From a virus, in IMG/VR virus record IMGVR_UViG_3300027608_000014, positions 64,001 through 128,000 of that record: a DNA stretch of 64,000 nucleotides; one strand, written 5' to 3'. The position numbers and the translations under genes were made by a program. Below, in pieces: positions 18,385 through 29,319 of the stretch. The notes beneath the pieces are model-generated. The model made no database searches, was not told the DNA's origin, and was given only the letters and a program-made list of their open reading frames with translations. Every line of letters begins with the position of its first letter. Within the stretch, counting starts at the first letter, position 1.

Positions 18385-19026
18385 CTGGCCAACCATCTCC
18401 CTGAGATGATCTGGAGTCACAAACGGCAGGAGCGAGATCTGCTTGAATAGTAACAAGCTGGTCTCTTCCATGACCTGCTCAACCACGGCACGATGAGCTG
18501 TATCAGTGTCGATCTCCTGATGGAGGTCGGCTTTCGAGTCCGATCCTCGATACACGCTCGGCATATGAGCCCACTCCAAGATCTTTGGTGGCTTAACGAA
18601 TCCCTGCTCATGAAGGATCAACCCAACGTATCGCTTTACCTCATCAGAGAAGGTTCCAGGTGTACTGTCATTCAGCATGACTTCCATCAGACCTATAGCG
18701 ACCTCCTCTACGATCATAGGATCTGAAAGATTCATGACGTCACTTCCACCAGCCAATGTTTGACAGATAACGGTAAAGGCAGACCAGTCTCTATAGAATG
18801 AGTCGCTAATCAGGGCTGAGACCAGAGCATGGATCTTGTCGAGGTTATCAGGGGGGATCAGCACCTGGAAGGCATCCTCGATCTCCAGGTCTAGAGTTTC
18901 TGACTCCCACTCCATAAACTCTTCGCCCCACTTGTTGTAGCAAATGAGAAACAAAGGCGTAGCCATAGACCCCTCATTCAAAAGGATCTGACGAACTCTG
19001 ACATCATCTGGATGGTCGCTAGGCAT
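18373..19026 (-). CDS. Hypothetical protein (possible virion or late gene)
   Basis: Minus-strand ORF, probably starting MPSDHP and coupled to the stop of the upstream minus-strand gene. Confidence 0.65.
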   Translation of the reverse strand: MPSDHPDDVRVRQILLNEGSMATPLFLICYNKWGEEFMEWESETLDLEIEDAFQVLIPPDNLDKIHALVSALISDSFYRDWSAFTVICQTLAGGSDVMNLSDPMIVEEVAIGLMEVMLNDSTPGTFSDEVKRYVGLILHEQGFVKPPKILEWAHMPSVYRGSDSKADLHQEIDTDTAHRAVVEQVMEETSLLLFKQISLLPFVTPDHLREMVGQLSS

Positions 19027-19373
19027 TACTTTAGTTCTGGATTTTTCTTTACCAGTCTGAGCTTGATTTCTTCGTAGTCCCAAGGGTGGCCCAATGCCGT
19101 CAGATCTGAAAAGATTTGGATGGTATCATCGGACCCTTTAGTTAAACCTGACTTGTAGGTGCTGTCGATAACGATCGGCGGCTTAGTCCCACTTCTTTCT
19201 GCCACAATCTTAATTGGATATGCTGCCTCTGAATCGCTAACTAGCTCCACTGTAACCCAAATAGATCCAATCCAGACAAAGGCTAATACTAACACAAAGA
19301 GCGCAGTCTTAAGTGGACGCCAATTGATACTTTTAACAAACCGACCTTTATCGTCTCTCTTGAAACCATTCAT
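19026..19373 (-). CDS. Single-TM membrane protein
   Basis: RDDKGRF N-terminus followed by a hydrophobic helix. Confidence 0.55.
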   Translation of the reverse strand: MNGFKRDDKGRFVKSINWRPLKTALFVLVLAFVWIGSIWVTVELVSDSEAAYPIKIVAERSGTKPPIVIDSTYKSGLTKGSDDTIQIFSDLTALGHPWDYEEIKLRLVKKNPELK

Positions 19374-19679
19374 ATGAAAAGTCTAAATAAGAAATCCGCT
19401 AAAAAGAAGCCCGCTAAAAAGAAGCCCACTAAGCTCGACTGGAAGTTAAAGTTATTGCAGCTCCTAAAATGTGTTGGTGAATCCGGAGGAACACTGTTCG
19501 AGGCTAATTGGGAAAGTTATGGGGTCTCCAGGCTTGAAGCCTTGATAATTATTGAGGCTTTCGAGAAACAGTACCCCGAGCTTACGCAAGAACCTGATTC
19601 AGCTGACGAGCCTTCTCGTCATCCAGATCAGCAAGGGAGCGAAGATCAGCCACCTTGTTCCCTAGGATCTCATCAATAA
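19374..19679 (+). CDS. Hypothetical protein with Lys-rich N-terminus
   Basis: AKKKP x2; the 3' end overlaps the opposite-strand gene. Confidence 0.45.
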   Translation: MKSLNKKSAKKKPAKKKPTKLDWKLKLLQLLKCVGESGGTLFEANWESYGVSRLEALIIIEAFEKQYPELTQEPDSADEPSRHPDQQGSEDQPPCSLGSHQ

Positions 19680-20550
19680 TTTTACCGCTCGACCGAAGAT
19701 CTATCAGCTTGTGAACAACATGACCGATCTTCACAGTAGCCGTCTTGTCTTCGTATTCGGACAGTGATGTGTTGAATACGGAGCCATGTGGATCTTCCAG
19801 TCTAGAGCCATAAAACTTAGTGAGACCATGCTGAGTGTCAAAGCTATCAATAAACTCAGCCACCTTCATGGCCTCCTCTGGGGTTGCAGCAGCAGCGTTA
19901 CCCAGGGCAGCAATCTTAGACAGGAACTCCTGAACGTCTCTTTGTTCGTGGAGAAACGTAGCTCTAGTCTCCAGTTGAGCCTGAAGTTTTTCAAGGTCAA
20001 CATGAGCATTACCAGCAAACTTACTGATCGACTCTGGCAGATCAGCTCCAAGGTCTGAGGCGATCTTACTCAGGTTCTCAGCAATCTCTGTTCTCTCGTT
20101 GAACTCATAGGACATCTTGGTTTGTTCGAACGAGCTGACGGCGTCATTGAGAGCCTCAAGGCCAGAGCCAGAGAAGCTGGCGCTCTTAGTTTCAAAGTCC
20201 CAGATGCTCGGACTGGCTACCTTGCTGGTTAGCTCGAAGCGTTTCTTGGCCAATTCAATTACAGCGTTGACGGAGTCTTCAATTCCAAAAACTTTACTTG
20301 CTGTCTTGATCTGTTCGTCAATCTTCTGGTCGCAGGCCGTCTTTCCGTGTAGGTAGGCGGCGCTAAGATAAACATCTGAAGGAGTGTGAATTGGAAACTG
20401 ACGACTAATTGGATCTGCAAAGGCATAATCTGGCAGTGCATCAATACCTTCTTCGGTTTCGTACTCTGCATTTTTCACAAAGTCCGGGACTGGAGTGGAG
20501 TGCATTAGTTTGACTAGGAAGGCACCTTGGTCTTGATAGAAATCGCTCAT
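19582..20550 (-). CDS. Hypothetical protein (possible head-associated)
   Basis: LPDYAFADP..RQFPIHT motif and KTAS/KVAS/KIAS/KIAA repeats resembling large-phage structural proteins. Confidence 0.7.
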   Translation of the reverse strand: MSDFYQDQGAFLVKLMHSTPVPDFVKNAEYETEEGIDALPDYAFADPISRQFPIHTPSDVYLSAAYLHGKTACDQKIDEQIKTASKVFGIEDSVNAVIELAKKRFELTSKVASPSIWDFETKSASFSGSGLEALNDAVSSFEQTKMSYEFNERTEIAENLSKIASDLGADLPESISKFAGNAHVDLEKLQAQLETRATFLHEQRDVQEFLSKIAALGNAAAATPEEAMKVAEFIDSFDTQHGLTKFYGSRLEDPHGSVFNTSLSEYEDKTATVKIGHVVHKLIDLRSSGKIIDEILGNKVADLRSLADLDDEKARQLNQVLA

Positions 20551-20568
20551 AGGTGTAGAGAATACCCT

Positions 20569-21399
20569 GTGAAGACAAGATTCGCAATCAAAAGAAAAGC
20601 CAAGGATAAAAAGAAGCGCCTAGGAGAATACCAAGCAAAACTCATGAGAAAGAGGCGAAAAATTTCTGCCTGGGAAAAGATCTCTTATGTCGACTTTTTA
20701 ATGCTTACTGCCATTGGAGACATCTCTCCAGAGGAGGCTCACGACTTCTTGCATAAGAGATACTTCGGCAGAGAGATCTTCAATGCCAAAATTGGGCAGC
20801 TAGCTTCGCTGTACTCTGGGTTTGAAGACCTACCGGTAGAGGGCAATCTGCCTGAGTCTACTAGGCCCGCCATCCTCAGTAAATGGTCCTTCAGCCGGAA
20901 GATTGCCCACTTTAAGGGACCAAAGATCCCAGTACCTGAGTGCAGAATAGGACACGCAGAATCCTTTAAGATAATAAAAGAGTTGATAGATAAAAATTTT
21001 TGCAAGTTCAGGATTCTTGAGTTTGCTATCGCAGTGCTGAAGATTGAGCCTATCTACATCATCACAATACTCAATAGGATGCGACCACAGACCCCCGCCT
21101 ACATTTCTACCAGAAGGTATGAGATGCTTAAGCGGGAGGAAACCTTTCAGAGATTTTATCGAGAGGGGAGAAGATATCACGCTATTGCACTATCAGAGGG
21201 GCGTATCAAGTCAGGCAGTGGAGATCGAGCCCTATTTGATCAGAAGTCAATGGATGGCCTCCTTCCTGGATTTTTATCTAACTGCGTAAAGCTACTGAAA
21301 TATCCGTATTACATAACTAACCTGATAATGGTGGACGGTCGATGGTTCATCGACATCTATCTCTCTTCAGGTTCACCACAAATCACCGTCAAACTATAA
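20569..21399 (+). CDS. Hypothetical basic protein
   Basis: Long ORF; start uncertain (GTG at 20569). Confidence 0.55.
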   Translation: MKTRFAIKRKAKDKKKRLGEYQAKLMRKRRKISAWEKISYVDFLMLTAIGDISPEEAHDFLHKRYFGREIFNAKIGQLASLYSGFEDLPVEGNLPESTRPAILSKWSFSRKIAHFKGPKIPVPECRIGHAESFKIIKELIDKNFCKFRILEFAIAVLKIEPIYIITILNRMRPQTPAYISTRRYEMLKREETFQRFYREGRRYHAIALSEGRIKSGSGDRALFDQKSMDGLLPGFLSNCVKLLKYPYYITNLIMVDGRWFIDIYLSSGSPQITVKL

Positions 21400-21407
21400 A
21401 TATTCAA

Positions 21408-22466
21408 ATGAACGAACCCGTATTCTCATCATCCGTCTGCTCCGAAGCCTCAGCCTGGCCGTCTTGCCCGAACTGTAAAAGCAGGGAAGTTTTATCGCGT
21501 GGCCTGGTGCTAAAGTGTTTATCATGCACGCACTCTGGGCCGATTGTTTCAAAGTCCCCCGTTCTGCGTTTTCTTAGGTCATACAATGCAGTTCGACCAA
21601 CCATCCCATGCGCCATTCACTGTGGTCCTTTTCCACAGAGCGTTGATGACGAATTTGGAGACATCCTGATCGAGAGATGCTCGGAGCTGTTTCACGAGCA
21701 ACTTTTTGAGCGTGAGATCTTTAAGGCTAAAGAGCTGTTTCGTAAGAATGGTGACTTTCCAGCAGTGGCCCTCACCGTTACCGTCCATGGCAGCCAGCCT
21801 AGCGTCCTCAAGCTGTCTCCACCGATCTGCGACTCCGTAGAGCAAGCGCGACTGCTTCTGGCGGACCAGGTAAAGGACATGAGTGCAGTGGCTGTGATCT
21901 TCAATCACAAATACTCTGGCAATATAGACTTCATGAGTGAAACTCAGAGCGATAATCAGGACAGCTTCCTGGTCGTCAACCTTCACTCTTATGGCAGTCG
22001 ATCTATCGCTGGCTATGTATCGCCAGAATGTGACGGGCTCAAGTGGGACCACCTGAACGCTCCGAGGCAGATCATCTGGCAACCCATTGACTGGGACATT
22101 ATCAGTAGCGACGGAGTGTCCGAGGTCATTCGTTACGCCTCAGCTATCCTTGTGGATGGCGACGTTAGTCTGACAATGGTGGTGGCAGAGAGCATGGATG
22201 GGGCTCCAGTAAGAGCTCAAATCAGCTTTCGAGATCCAGTCCAATGTACGACCACTGAGATCAAGAACATCAAGGCCGCAACTTCTGAAGATGCAATCCT
22301 TAAGATGAAGGGTAAGTACAAGGCCCTAATCGAACAGATTAAGACCTTGTCAGCCGACTCGATCGCTCTCTCCTTTGAAAAGGAGTGGGGACTCGAATGT
22401 AATCACTTCTCTATCATTCATCAGATCAAGGCGCTGGTCAGTAACAAAGGAGGAAAAATTGAGTAG
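21408..22466 (+). CDS. Hypothetical protein with N-terminal Zn ribbon
   Basis: CPNC..CLSC. Confidence 0.6.
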   Translation: MNEPVFSSSVCSEASAWPSCPNCKSREVLSRGLVLKCLSCTHSGPIVSKSPVLRFLRSYNAVRPTIPCAIHCGPFPQSVDDEFGDILIERCSELFHEQLFEREIFKAKELFRKNGDFPAVALTVTVHGSQPSVLKLSPPICDSVEQARLLLADQVKDMSAVAVIFNHKYSGNIDFMSETQSDNQDSFLVVNLHSYGSRSIAGYVSPECDGLKWDHLNAPRQIIWQPIDWDIISSDGVSEVIRYASAILVDGDVSLTMVVAESMDGAPVRAQISFRDPVQCTTTEIKNIKAATSEDAILKMKGKYKALIEQIKTLSADSIALSFEKEWGLECNHFSIIHQIKALVSNKGGKIE

Positions 22467-22473
22467 CCTAGTC

Positions 22474-24276
22474 CTACTCTTCTCCAATCAGCTCGGCCAT
22501 TCCACGATTGACTGAGCTGTTTGGCGCCAATCCACACAGGCCAGGAAGATCTATATGGGCGGTGGCACACATCACCAAGAGGGCATATCCAAGAGCATGC
22601 AGAAAGTCATCAGCTTTGGATGGAATGCGGGCGTAACGGCGAATCGTGCCATTGGGGGTATCAACTTCCTCAATGGCAACCGCCATCAAATCCTTGCTGA
22701 ACTCCTCAAACCAGGTTCCGGATGGAAATTTCAGTAGGCCGGTGACAATCAGAGTGTAGACGCAAAAGAGTAGAGTGGATCGATCCACAGTGAAGACATT
22801 GAATCTTCCGCTACTGTGACTAAAGAACTTCTTCTGAGCACCATAGAGAACAGAGGCACAGGGAACGCCAGTAGCTCCAGACAAAGTCTTGTTTTGGAGC
22901 GGGCCGACAAAAGCTCCGTCCGCACCCATACAAGATAGTTTTGATCCGCAGATTCTTTTCATCATTGCTGCCAGTGGCAGCGGTTGTTCCTCTGGTCTAA
23001 GTCCCAGCGGACGTACAGCTCCAAGGACGTGAAACTCTCCAGAACTATGTCTGCCAAGCGCAACACCAATCGTAAAACTGACGATTTCTGATCCGCCCCA
23101 GTCGGCTCCACCAGATGCATGAGTATACTCAGCCATATTTGGTGGATTCCCCTCAGAGTAAGGAAGGCTAGATGCTCTTCGTAACTGATCGGGAGTTAGC
23201 GGCCTGGATCCACCCTCAGTACTTAGACCAAGAATCTCTTGATCAAAGCGCGATGGGCTCCAGGCACCAATACCAGCAATGCGGGAGTAAATGTTTCTGT
23301 GGTAGGCCCTATAGTGCTCGGGCGTATCAACTCGAGCTCGATCGGAAATAAAAATCTGCGGAACGTGGAATCCCTGGAATGTACCCTCCCGCTCCGGATA
23401 GGCTGGCTCCCACCACCCATGGCCGACATCTAGAAGCTTGGGATTAGCATCAGTGGAGCATTTACTGCAGCCGATGCCCGCCCTCTGGATCATCTTCCTG
23501 GACTCCTCTGCCGTAGGAATATTATCATGGGAGCAATACTTGCACCTAACATGCCAGGTGTTCTGTGAGCTCTCCAGCCACAGCGTCTCGATGGTGTTCT
23601 CGATTCCACGAGCCGTTCCAGTGTAGGTTTCCCATCCGAACTCCACGTTCGCGCTCGAACACTGAAGCACCTGAGGAATCAGCTCGAAGTCCATATCTTG
23701 AACCTCGTCAAAGTAGGTAGCACAGATATTCGGGATTCCGAGAGCCTGACCAGCATTGGCGAAGCAGGACACTCCATAGTAGTGTCCACCAGAGACATAC
23801 GTCTTCTCACAGACGTTCTGAACGCAATGGCGATCGATGATGTTCCATGGAACAGCACAGCTACGAGCTAGTGGATCCAGATACGTATGGCTTAAACGCT
23901 GGGTGTAGAGACTCAAAGGAGAACAGTACAGAGCGTTGAAGTCCTGACGATAAATCATGTTCATCAGAATACTAGCGGCAACCGACAAGCTCTTACCAAG
24001 CTGTCTGGCGCAGCGATAGACACAACGCTCTGCAGTTCTCGTTCTGCTGAACATGGGCCTGAACATCGGCCTTCGATGTTTGACATCCAGAGGCTCGCGC
24101 CCTAAACGCAAGGTCATAGGCAGAAGATCGTCAAACGGCAGGACGCCAATAAGATAGGCCATCTCCTCCTTAGAGATGTTTCCTCCTGACAGTTTCCGCT
24201 TAATTATTTCTGCAACTCTTGTGTCTATGCCCTCGAGACCCGGTATTTCCTGAATCATTAGTAGACCATAGCCCAC
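22474..24276 (-). CDS. terL: Terminase large subunit (lambda GpA-like)
   Basis: Walker A ARQLGKS, Walker B FDEVQD, TGT, Zn-binding WHVRCKYC..CSKC, GFHVPQI, nuclease GADWGG and DDFLHA. Confidence 0.85.
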   Translation of the reverse strand: MGYGLLMIQEIPGLEGIDTRVAEIIKRKLSGGNISKEEMAYLIGVLPFDDLLPMTLRLGREPLDVKHRRPMFRPMFSRTRTAERCVYRCARQLGKSLSVAASILMNMIYRQDFNALYCSPLSLYTQRLSHTYLDPLARSCAVPWNIIDRHCVQNVCEKTYVSGGHYYGVSCFANAGQALGIPNICATYFDEVQDMDFELIPQVLQCSSANVEFGWETYTGTARGIENTIETLWLESSQNTWHVRCKYCSHDNIPTAEESRKMIQRAGIGCSKCSTDANPKLLDVGHGWWEPAYPEREGTFQGFHVPQIFISDRARVDTPEHYRAYHRNIYSRIAGIGAWSPSRFDQEILGLSTEGGSRPLTPDQLRRASSLPYSEGNPPNMAEYTHASGGADWGGSEIVSFTIGVALGRHSSGEFHVLGAVRPLGLRPEEQPLPLAAMMKRICGSKLSCMGADGAFVGPLQNKTLSGATGVPCASVLYGAQKKFFSHSSGRFNVFTVDRSTLLFCVYTLIVTGLLKFPSGTWFEEFSKDLMAVAIEEVDTPNGTIRRYARIPSKADDFLHALGYALLVMCATAHIDLPGLCGLAPNSSVNRGMAELIGEE

Positions 24277-24317
24277 CGCTTACAAATCAACAAACCTTTT
24301 ATAGAACTAGAACAAAC

Positions 24318-24653
24318 ATGAAGACTAACATCACGAATATCTCCGAAGGCGGGGACTTTGAAGTAATCAGTGGGGAACACCTCATCTGCACCTGCGGAAC
24401 GAAAGAGAGTGCTCAGTGCATCAAGGACGCCATCGAGGCGCTGGAGTCTGTCTCCCGCGACTGTCAGATGGCCCTGAATGGCGATTGGGACAGGGGCGAC
24501 GATGGCTTTGAGGCCACGCTGCAAAACGTCAATCTGGCCCTGCTGGGGCTCGGTGTGACTCCGCCGGTCGAAGAGAAGCAGGCAGACTTTCGTGGCGAAC
24601 TGATCAAGGAGTTCAAGGCTCGCTTTGTCAAGATCGATCCCAAAGGGTCCTGA
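24318..24653 (+). CDS. Hypothetical protein
   Basis: ORF from MKTNITN with GC3-rich codons. Confidence 0.55.
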   Translation: MKTNITNISEGGDFEVISGEHLICTCGTKESAQCIKDAIEALESVSRDCQMALNGDWDRGDDGFEATLQNVNLALLGLGVTPPVEEKQADFRGELIKEFKARFVKIDPKGS

Positions 24654-25829
24654 CCCTAGAATCAGCCAATTTCGTTTCGTCGCCGAAACAGAAACCCAAT
24701 AGCGCTGGGCAGGAACCAACATTGTTTGCAAAGCAAACTTACCCTGGAAGTCGCCAACAGAACATTATGTCTAGGATCCAAATTCCCGTCGAAAAGTTTC
24801 GCAACCGCGAAGAATGTATTCGGTCCCTTATGGGGGCAGGAGAAATCATCAACGACGCATTACTTATGCCGGTGAGAATGTCTAGGGAGGCTGCTGCTCG
24901 CAAGAGCCAGCCCTCCTATATCGAAAACCTACGCAGCGGAGCAAAAGCCGATTGCTTTCTGTAGGTTTTCATTGAGAACCAACGTCCCTGCTCAGCTCCG
25001 GCTGGGCAGGGATTCCCATTTCACAAAAAACTGATAAGATATATTAATGTCCACAACGAACAGAAAATCAGCTCGCAAGTACAAGTCTCAAAAGGCTGGT
25101 ATCCCAGAGAAACCCCTCTCACGATTCCAGCCTGGCGCTGGTAAGCATCTCAAGGCCAAACAAACTGCTAAACAAAAAGCTGAACAATCATGAATACCCT
25201 AATTCAAGTCGGAATAGCCATAGCCCTGGTCATTACGTACTTTCACCAAAAAGTCCTGGAGTCCAAGATCAAAGCCAGAAATAGGCCATCTCCTACAAAG
25301 GTTCGTCTTGAGAGACAAGAAAGGCCTGTAATTGATCTCGTTGCTATCGGCGAAGGCGATCGATATGGTAGCTATGAGGGTCGTCCCCAGAGGGCCACTC
25401 GCTATGAGCATTGATGCATCTTCACTATTTTTATTGTGCGAGCTAGCGCTCACTGTATTTTTGATTGATAGACATCTAGATCAAATGAAAGTTATCTATG
25501 AAAACTGACGGAGCTCTACCGATCGCCTTAGGACTGGGTCTGCTTATGGCCTATTTAGACGGTAAGGGCAACTCTGCCCTGCTCTGGATCATTTTGATGT
25601 TTGTTGGCACTCCAGCGTTTTACACGCTAGTCGTTTCTCGATCGTCTATAAGTGAGGTCGCAAAATGGTTGCTGACAGCAGCTTACATCTTTGGAGTGAC
25701 TGCGCTTTTCATCTAACATGACATTGCAAATATATGGATGAATCAGAATCTAAAGGATCACCTTCATTGCCAGAGTCATCACCCGCACAGGCAGAGTGGT
25801 CAGAGAAATTGACGAGATAGAAGTTTTTT

Positions 25830-26150
25830 ATGATTATTAATCAAATAGCCTGGATCTTTTTTTTCCTAATCGTGGCACCACTAGGCGCCGCCACCATGGC
25901 AAAGATAATTGTTGAAGAAGAGATCTTCTCTCACCCAAGAGCCTGGATTGAGGCGTATTGCTGGCCAATGTTCTCTTACATGGTCAATTGCGAAAGGTGC
26001 ATTGTGCACTGGACTATGGCCTTAATTACATTGCTAGGGTACAGTGCCTGGGATAAGATCACCTTCTGCGACAGTTGGGTGGCGGCATTGATTTGCTGGG
26101 CTGCGGCGACACGCCTGGCTATACGATTCTGGCTTCGTAATGATACATGA
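25830..26150 (+). CDS. Membrane protein with CxxC...W motif (DUF1360-like)
   Basis: Hydrophobic helices; IF..PR...MVNCERCIVHW. Confidence 0.55.
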   Translation: MIINQIAWIFFFLIVAPLGAATMAKIIVEEEIFSHPRAWIEAYCWPMFSYMVNCERCIVHWTMALITLLGYSAWDKITFCDSWVAALICWAAATRLAIRFWLRNDT

Positions 26151-26647
26151 TCTCAATCACAGAAATTCAAGAGCATCGCGGAGTAACCGTGTTAGAAAGC
26201 GAGCCAGGGGAGTTTCACTTCTCTGTTCAGGCTCATGGTATCAGTGGCGGCCTGGCAACTACTATTCCACTAGATGTTGTCTGTCCAGTAGTTGGCCAAA
26301 ACCTGCTTCTCCTTAGGGCAACAATAACGCCGCCTGATGGAGTTGCCTGTCCAGATTCTTGGACGACAAACAGCATTGAGTCCACCATCCAGAGTGCTAT
26401 CAATACATTTAGAAGAATTCAAAAATGTAAAGATGATGAAGAGGCAAAAAGGACAAAGAAGGCTAGTAAGATAGATAGAGAAGTTCGTTTTCGCATGGCC
26501 TTATCTCAGGCGGTCAGCGAATGGATGAGCGCAAGTGAGTATTTTACCCTGTCAGAATATCTGGCTATCTGCGGCGAGGTATTTTCGTCCGCTACCCAAA
26601 ATGTCAACAATCATCGAACCAACGAGTCCAGCGACCCCAGCTCCTAA
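26147..26647 (+). CDS. Hypothetical protein
   Basis: ATGA overlap with the upstream gene. Confidence 0.55.
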   Translation: MISITEIQEHRGVTVLESEPGEFHFSVQAHGISGGLATTIPLDVVCPVVGQNLLLLRATITPPDGVACPDSWTTNSIESTIQSAINTFRRIQKCKDDEEAKRTKKASKIDREVRFRMALSQAVSEWMSASEYFTLSEYLAICGEVFSSATQNVNNHRTNESSDPSS

Positions 26648-26951
26648 TCGGGAATCAGTAGAAGTTTTACAGCAACAGTTAGCAACTCTTATTGGTCCAA
26701 TTGCGGACCAGTTCATCGACAGCGGTGAGGCCCTCCTTATTGGTGTCGTATGTATTTCAGCTAACGGAGGTAGACGATCCATCCTCTACGTTCCAGGGGT
26801 CAATGAGGATATGACCATGGAACAGAAAGTTATTGCGGAAGAAGGCAGGGCCGTTGGACAGTTCCAAGCGGCTATTCAGTTTGGTAAATTACACGCAGCG
26901 CTTAGTGACGTCACAAATCAAGCACTTCGGACCTCTGTCCGACCAAGATAA
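26601..26951 (+). CDS. Hypothetical protein
   Basis: ORF from MSTIIEP ending just before the AAA gene. Confidence 0.55.
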   Translation: MSTIIEPTSPATPAPNRESVEVLQQQLATLIGPIADQFIDSGEALLIGVVCISANGGRRSILYVPGVNEDMTMEQKVIAEEGRAVGQFQAAIQFGKLHAALSDVTNQALRTSVRPR

Positions 26952-26953
26952 CA

Positions 26954-28735
26954 ATGAAGCCAAAAACAAAAGTAGAAAGTAAATCGATTCTGTTGCCGCT
27001 AGCTTTGTCTAGTACTCCGCTTGTCTGGGTAGTAACTACAGAGGAATACAGAATGCTTAAGAAAGAACAGAGCGCTCTTCTTAATCAAAAGGCGGCGACG
27101 CAGGTGTTTCGCTACGATGCACTAGATGTCCTCAAGGAGGCTCTGATTACAAAGTCTGACGGGACCACGGAGGGTGGAAGATCTGCTCAGTTCGGTCACT
27201 GTCTTGAGGCGATCAACTGGTTCTCTAGACGTAATCCAGAGCCGGACACCCCTGAAGCGATGAGCAGCCTAACCGCTCAATTTGGCAGCAATGCCAATTA
27301 CGCACCTGCAGGTTCGGTCCTAGTTTTGTTTGATGTTCCAGCCAGGATTGAACATAAGAACGGTAGTAAGTGGACTGACGCTCTGATTAACCGCACAATC
27401 AAAAACGCTGTCGGCGATCTGATTGATGAGCAGAAGATGATTGTTCTAGTGTCTCACACGCTGGATGTTCCGCAAGAGCTGGAGCACATCGCTGTGGTGG
27501 TTGAGCACTCACTGCCTACCTATGAAGAACTATCGAACCTGGTGAGAAAAGCCTGGAAGTATCTAGGTGATGAAAATGAGGATGGAAGTAGAGAGCCAAT
27601 GCCTGCAATCAGTGACGAGGATCTGGAGCTTACGGTCAACCTGATCTCTGGCATGAGAGAGTGGGAGGCTGATAATATCTTGGCTCGCTCGGTCTATACC
27701 AATAAGACGAACCTCCGAAAGGATCCAACTATCCCCAAGATGTTTGACATTCCTACTATTCGTAAGGAAAAGGTTAAGTCGATTCGCAAAAACTCTTCTC
27801 TTGAGATTATTGAACCTCCGGGCTCTCTGGATCAAGTAGGTGGACTTGCTGAAATTAAGGCCTGGGCTGAAGAAGCCAAAGACCTATTTGGCAAAGCAGC
27901 AGCGGGTGACGGAATCAAATGTCCCAAAGGTATTGTTCTCTTTGGCCCCGGTGGAACAGGCAAGACCTACACTATCTCCTGCCTTGGCAGTTTTCTTCAG
28001 CGCACAGTTCTGCGCTGGGATGTCGGTGCTAGTAAGGGTCGATATGTTGGTCAGACTGAGGAGCAGACCAGAAACGTCTTTAGGGACGCTAAGGCTCAGG
28101 CTCCCTGCATTCTGTTCATCGATGAGGCTGGTAAGCTCTTTGCTGACGCTAAGGGTGCCGGATCTGGTCTGGACGGTGGCGTGAACCAAGGGATGTACGC
28201 ATCTCTACTTACGTTCATGCAGGAAAACGATGGAGGAGTCTTGATTGCAATGGCTTGTAATGAAGACATCATGAACTTCCCCGCACCCGCTCTCAGAGGT
28301 GGCCGCATTGACAATGTCTTCTTCGTCGATCTTCCCACACAGGAAGAGGTAAAGGATATCCTTAGAATCCACATTAAGAAAAGAGGATGGGACCCAGCGA
28401 GCCCAGAAATCGACATCGAGAAAGTGGCAACCTCACTGGCTGAGTATACTCCGTCTGAGATTGAACTGGTAATCAATAAGGCTCTGATCCACAAGTTTAA
28501 GACTAGTGGTCCACGCCCTGCTGAGCTAAAGACTGAGAATCTGCTGGTTGCTATCTCAAAGGTGATTCCGATGACTCGAACTAATAAGCTTGAAGTTGAT
28601 TCACTTAGGGCTTGGGCGGTAGAGCGCGGGTATACAGTCGGTACGGCACAGCCCAAAGCAATAGTACGTAAAGCAGCCGGTCGAAGGATTGGCAGCTCTC
28701 TCTCGGCAATTGCCGATGAATCAGACGAGATGTGA
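26954..28735 (+). CDS. Ycf46-like AAA+ ATPase
   Basis: VGGLAEIKAW, PKGIVLFGPGGTGKT (Walker A), ILFIDE (Walker B), LLTFMQE, LRGGRID..FFVDLP. Confidence 0.9.
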   Translation: MKPKTKVESKSILLPLALSSTPLVWVVTTEEYRMLKKEQSALLNQKAATQVFRYDALDVLKEALITKSDGTTEGGRSAQFGHCLEAINWFSRRNPEPDTPEAMSSLTAQFGSNANYAPAGSVLVLFDVPARIEHKNGSKWTDALINRTIKNAVGDLIDEQKMIVLVSHTLDVPQELEHIAVVVEHSLPTYEELSNLVRKAWKYLGDENEDGSREPMPAISDEDLELTVNLISGMREWEADNILARSVYTNKTNLRKDPTIPKMFDIPTIRKEKVKSIRKNSSLEIIEPPGSLDQVGGLAEIKAWAEEAKDLFGKAAAGDGIKCPKGIVLFGPGGTGKTYTISCLGSFLQRTVLRWDVGASKGRYVGQTEEQTRNVFRDAKAQAPCILFIDEAGKLFADAKGAGSGLDGGVNQGMYASLLTFMQENDGGVLIAMACNEDIMNFPAPALRGGRIDNVFFVDLPTQEEVKDILRIHIKKRGWDPASPEIDIEKVATSLAEYTPSEIELVINKALIHKFKTSGPRPAELKTENLLVAISKVIPMTRTNKLEVDSLRAWAVERGYTVGTAQPKAIVRKAAGRRIGSSLSAIADESDEM

Positions 28736-28824
28736 TATTAAACTTGTCTTGAAAGTTCTTTGCGCAATATAGCGCATGTCAGAGTTAGTATTTTTATCAG
28801 TTCAAGAAAAAAAAATACAACACA

Positions 28825-29223
28825 ATGTCACACCTTGTTCGTCAAGTAAACCAAGCGGGAGTTGAAATCAAATCCCTAGACCTTTTGTCCTCTGCCTGCA
28901 AGAAGCTTGGCATGACTCTTCACCAGGATCGTAAGGTTGCTCACTACTATGGATCTTCCTCAGCCGCCTGTGATGCGGTGATTGAGATCCCAGGCTGCAA
29001 GTCTGAGATCGCAGTCAAGAAGAATGCCGATGGCACCTATGGTGTTGAGGCTGATCATTATTATGCCGAAGTAACAAAAGCACTAGGTAAAAATAGCGAC
29101 AGTCTTTTTCAAAGATATCGCGCAGAAGAGCTGATCAAGCAGGCTCGATACGATCGCTGGAGCGTCGAGTCTGAGACCTTTAATCCCCAGACTCAGGAAC
29201 TGGAAATCCGCTTTAAGCGCTAA
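28825..29223 (+). CDS. DUF1257 (Ycf35-like) protein
   Basis: MSH...IKSLDLLSSACKKLG...LFQRY; typical neighbour of a Ycf46-like ATPase. Confidence 0.7.
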   Translation: MSHLVRQVNQAGVEIKSLDLLSSACKKLGMTLHQDRKVAHYYGSSSAACDAVIEIPGCKSEIAVKKNADGTYGVEADHYYAEVTKALGKNSDSLFQRYRAEELIKQARYDRWSVESETFNPQTQELEIRFKR

Positions 29224-29319
29224 TGGTCTGGGGCTGGGTGAGTCCATCCAGCCCCATGATCGTGCTTAGGTCATCGAAAATTACCAAAGAAGTTTCATCT
29301 CAATCATCAATAAAATAAT

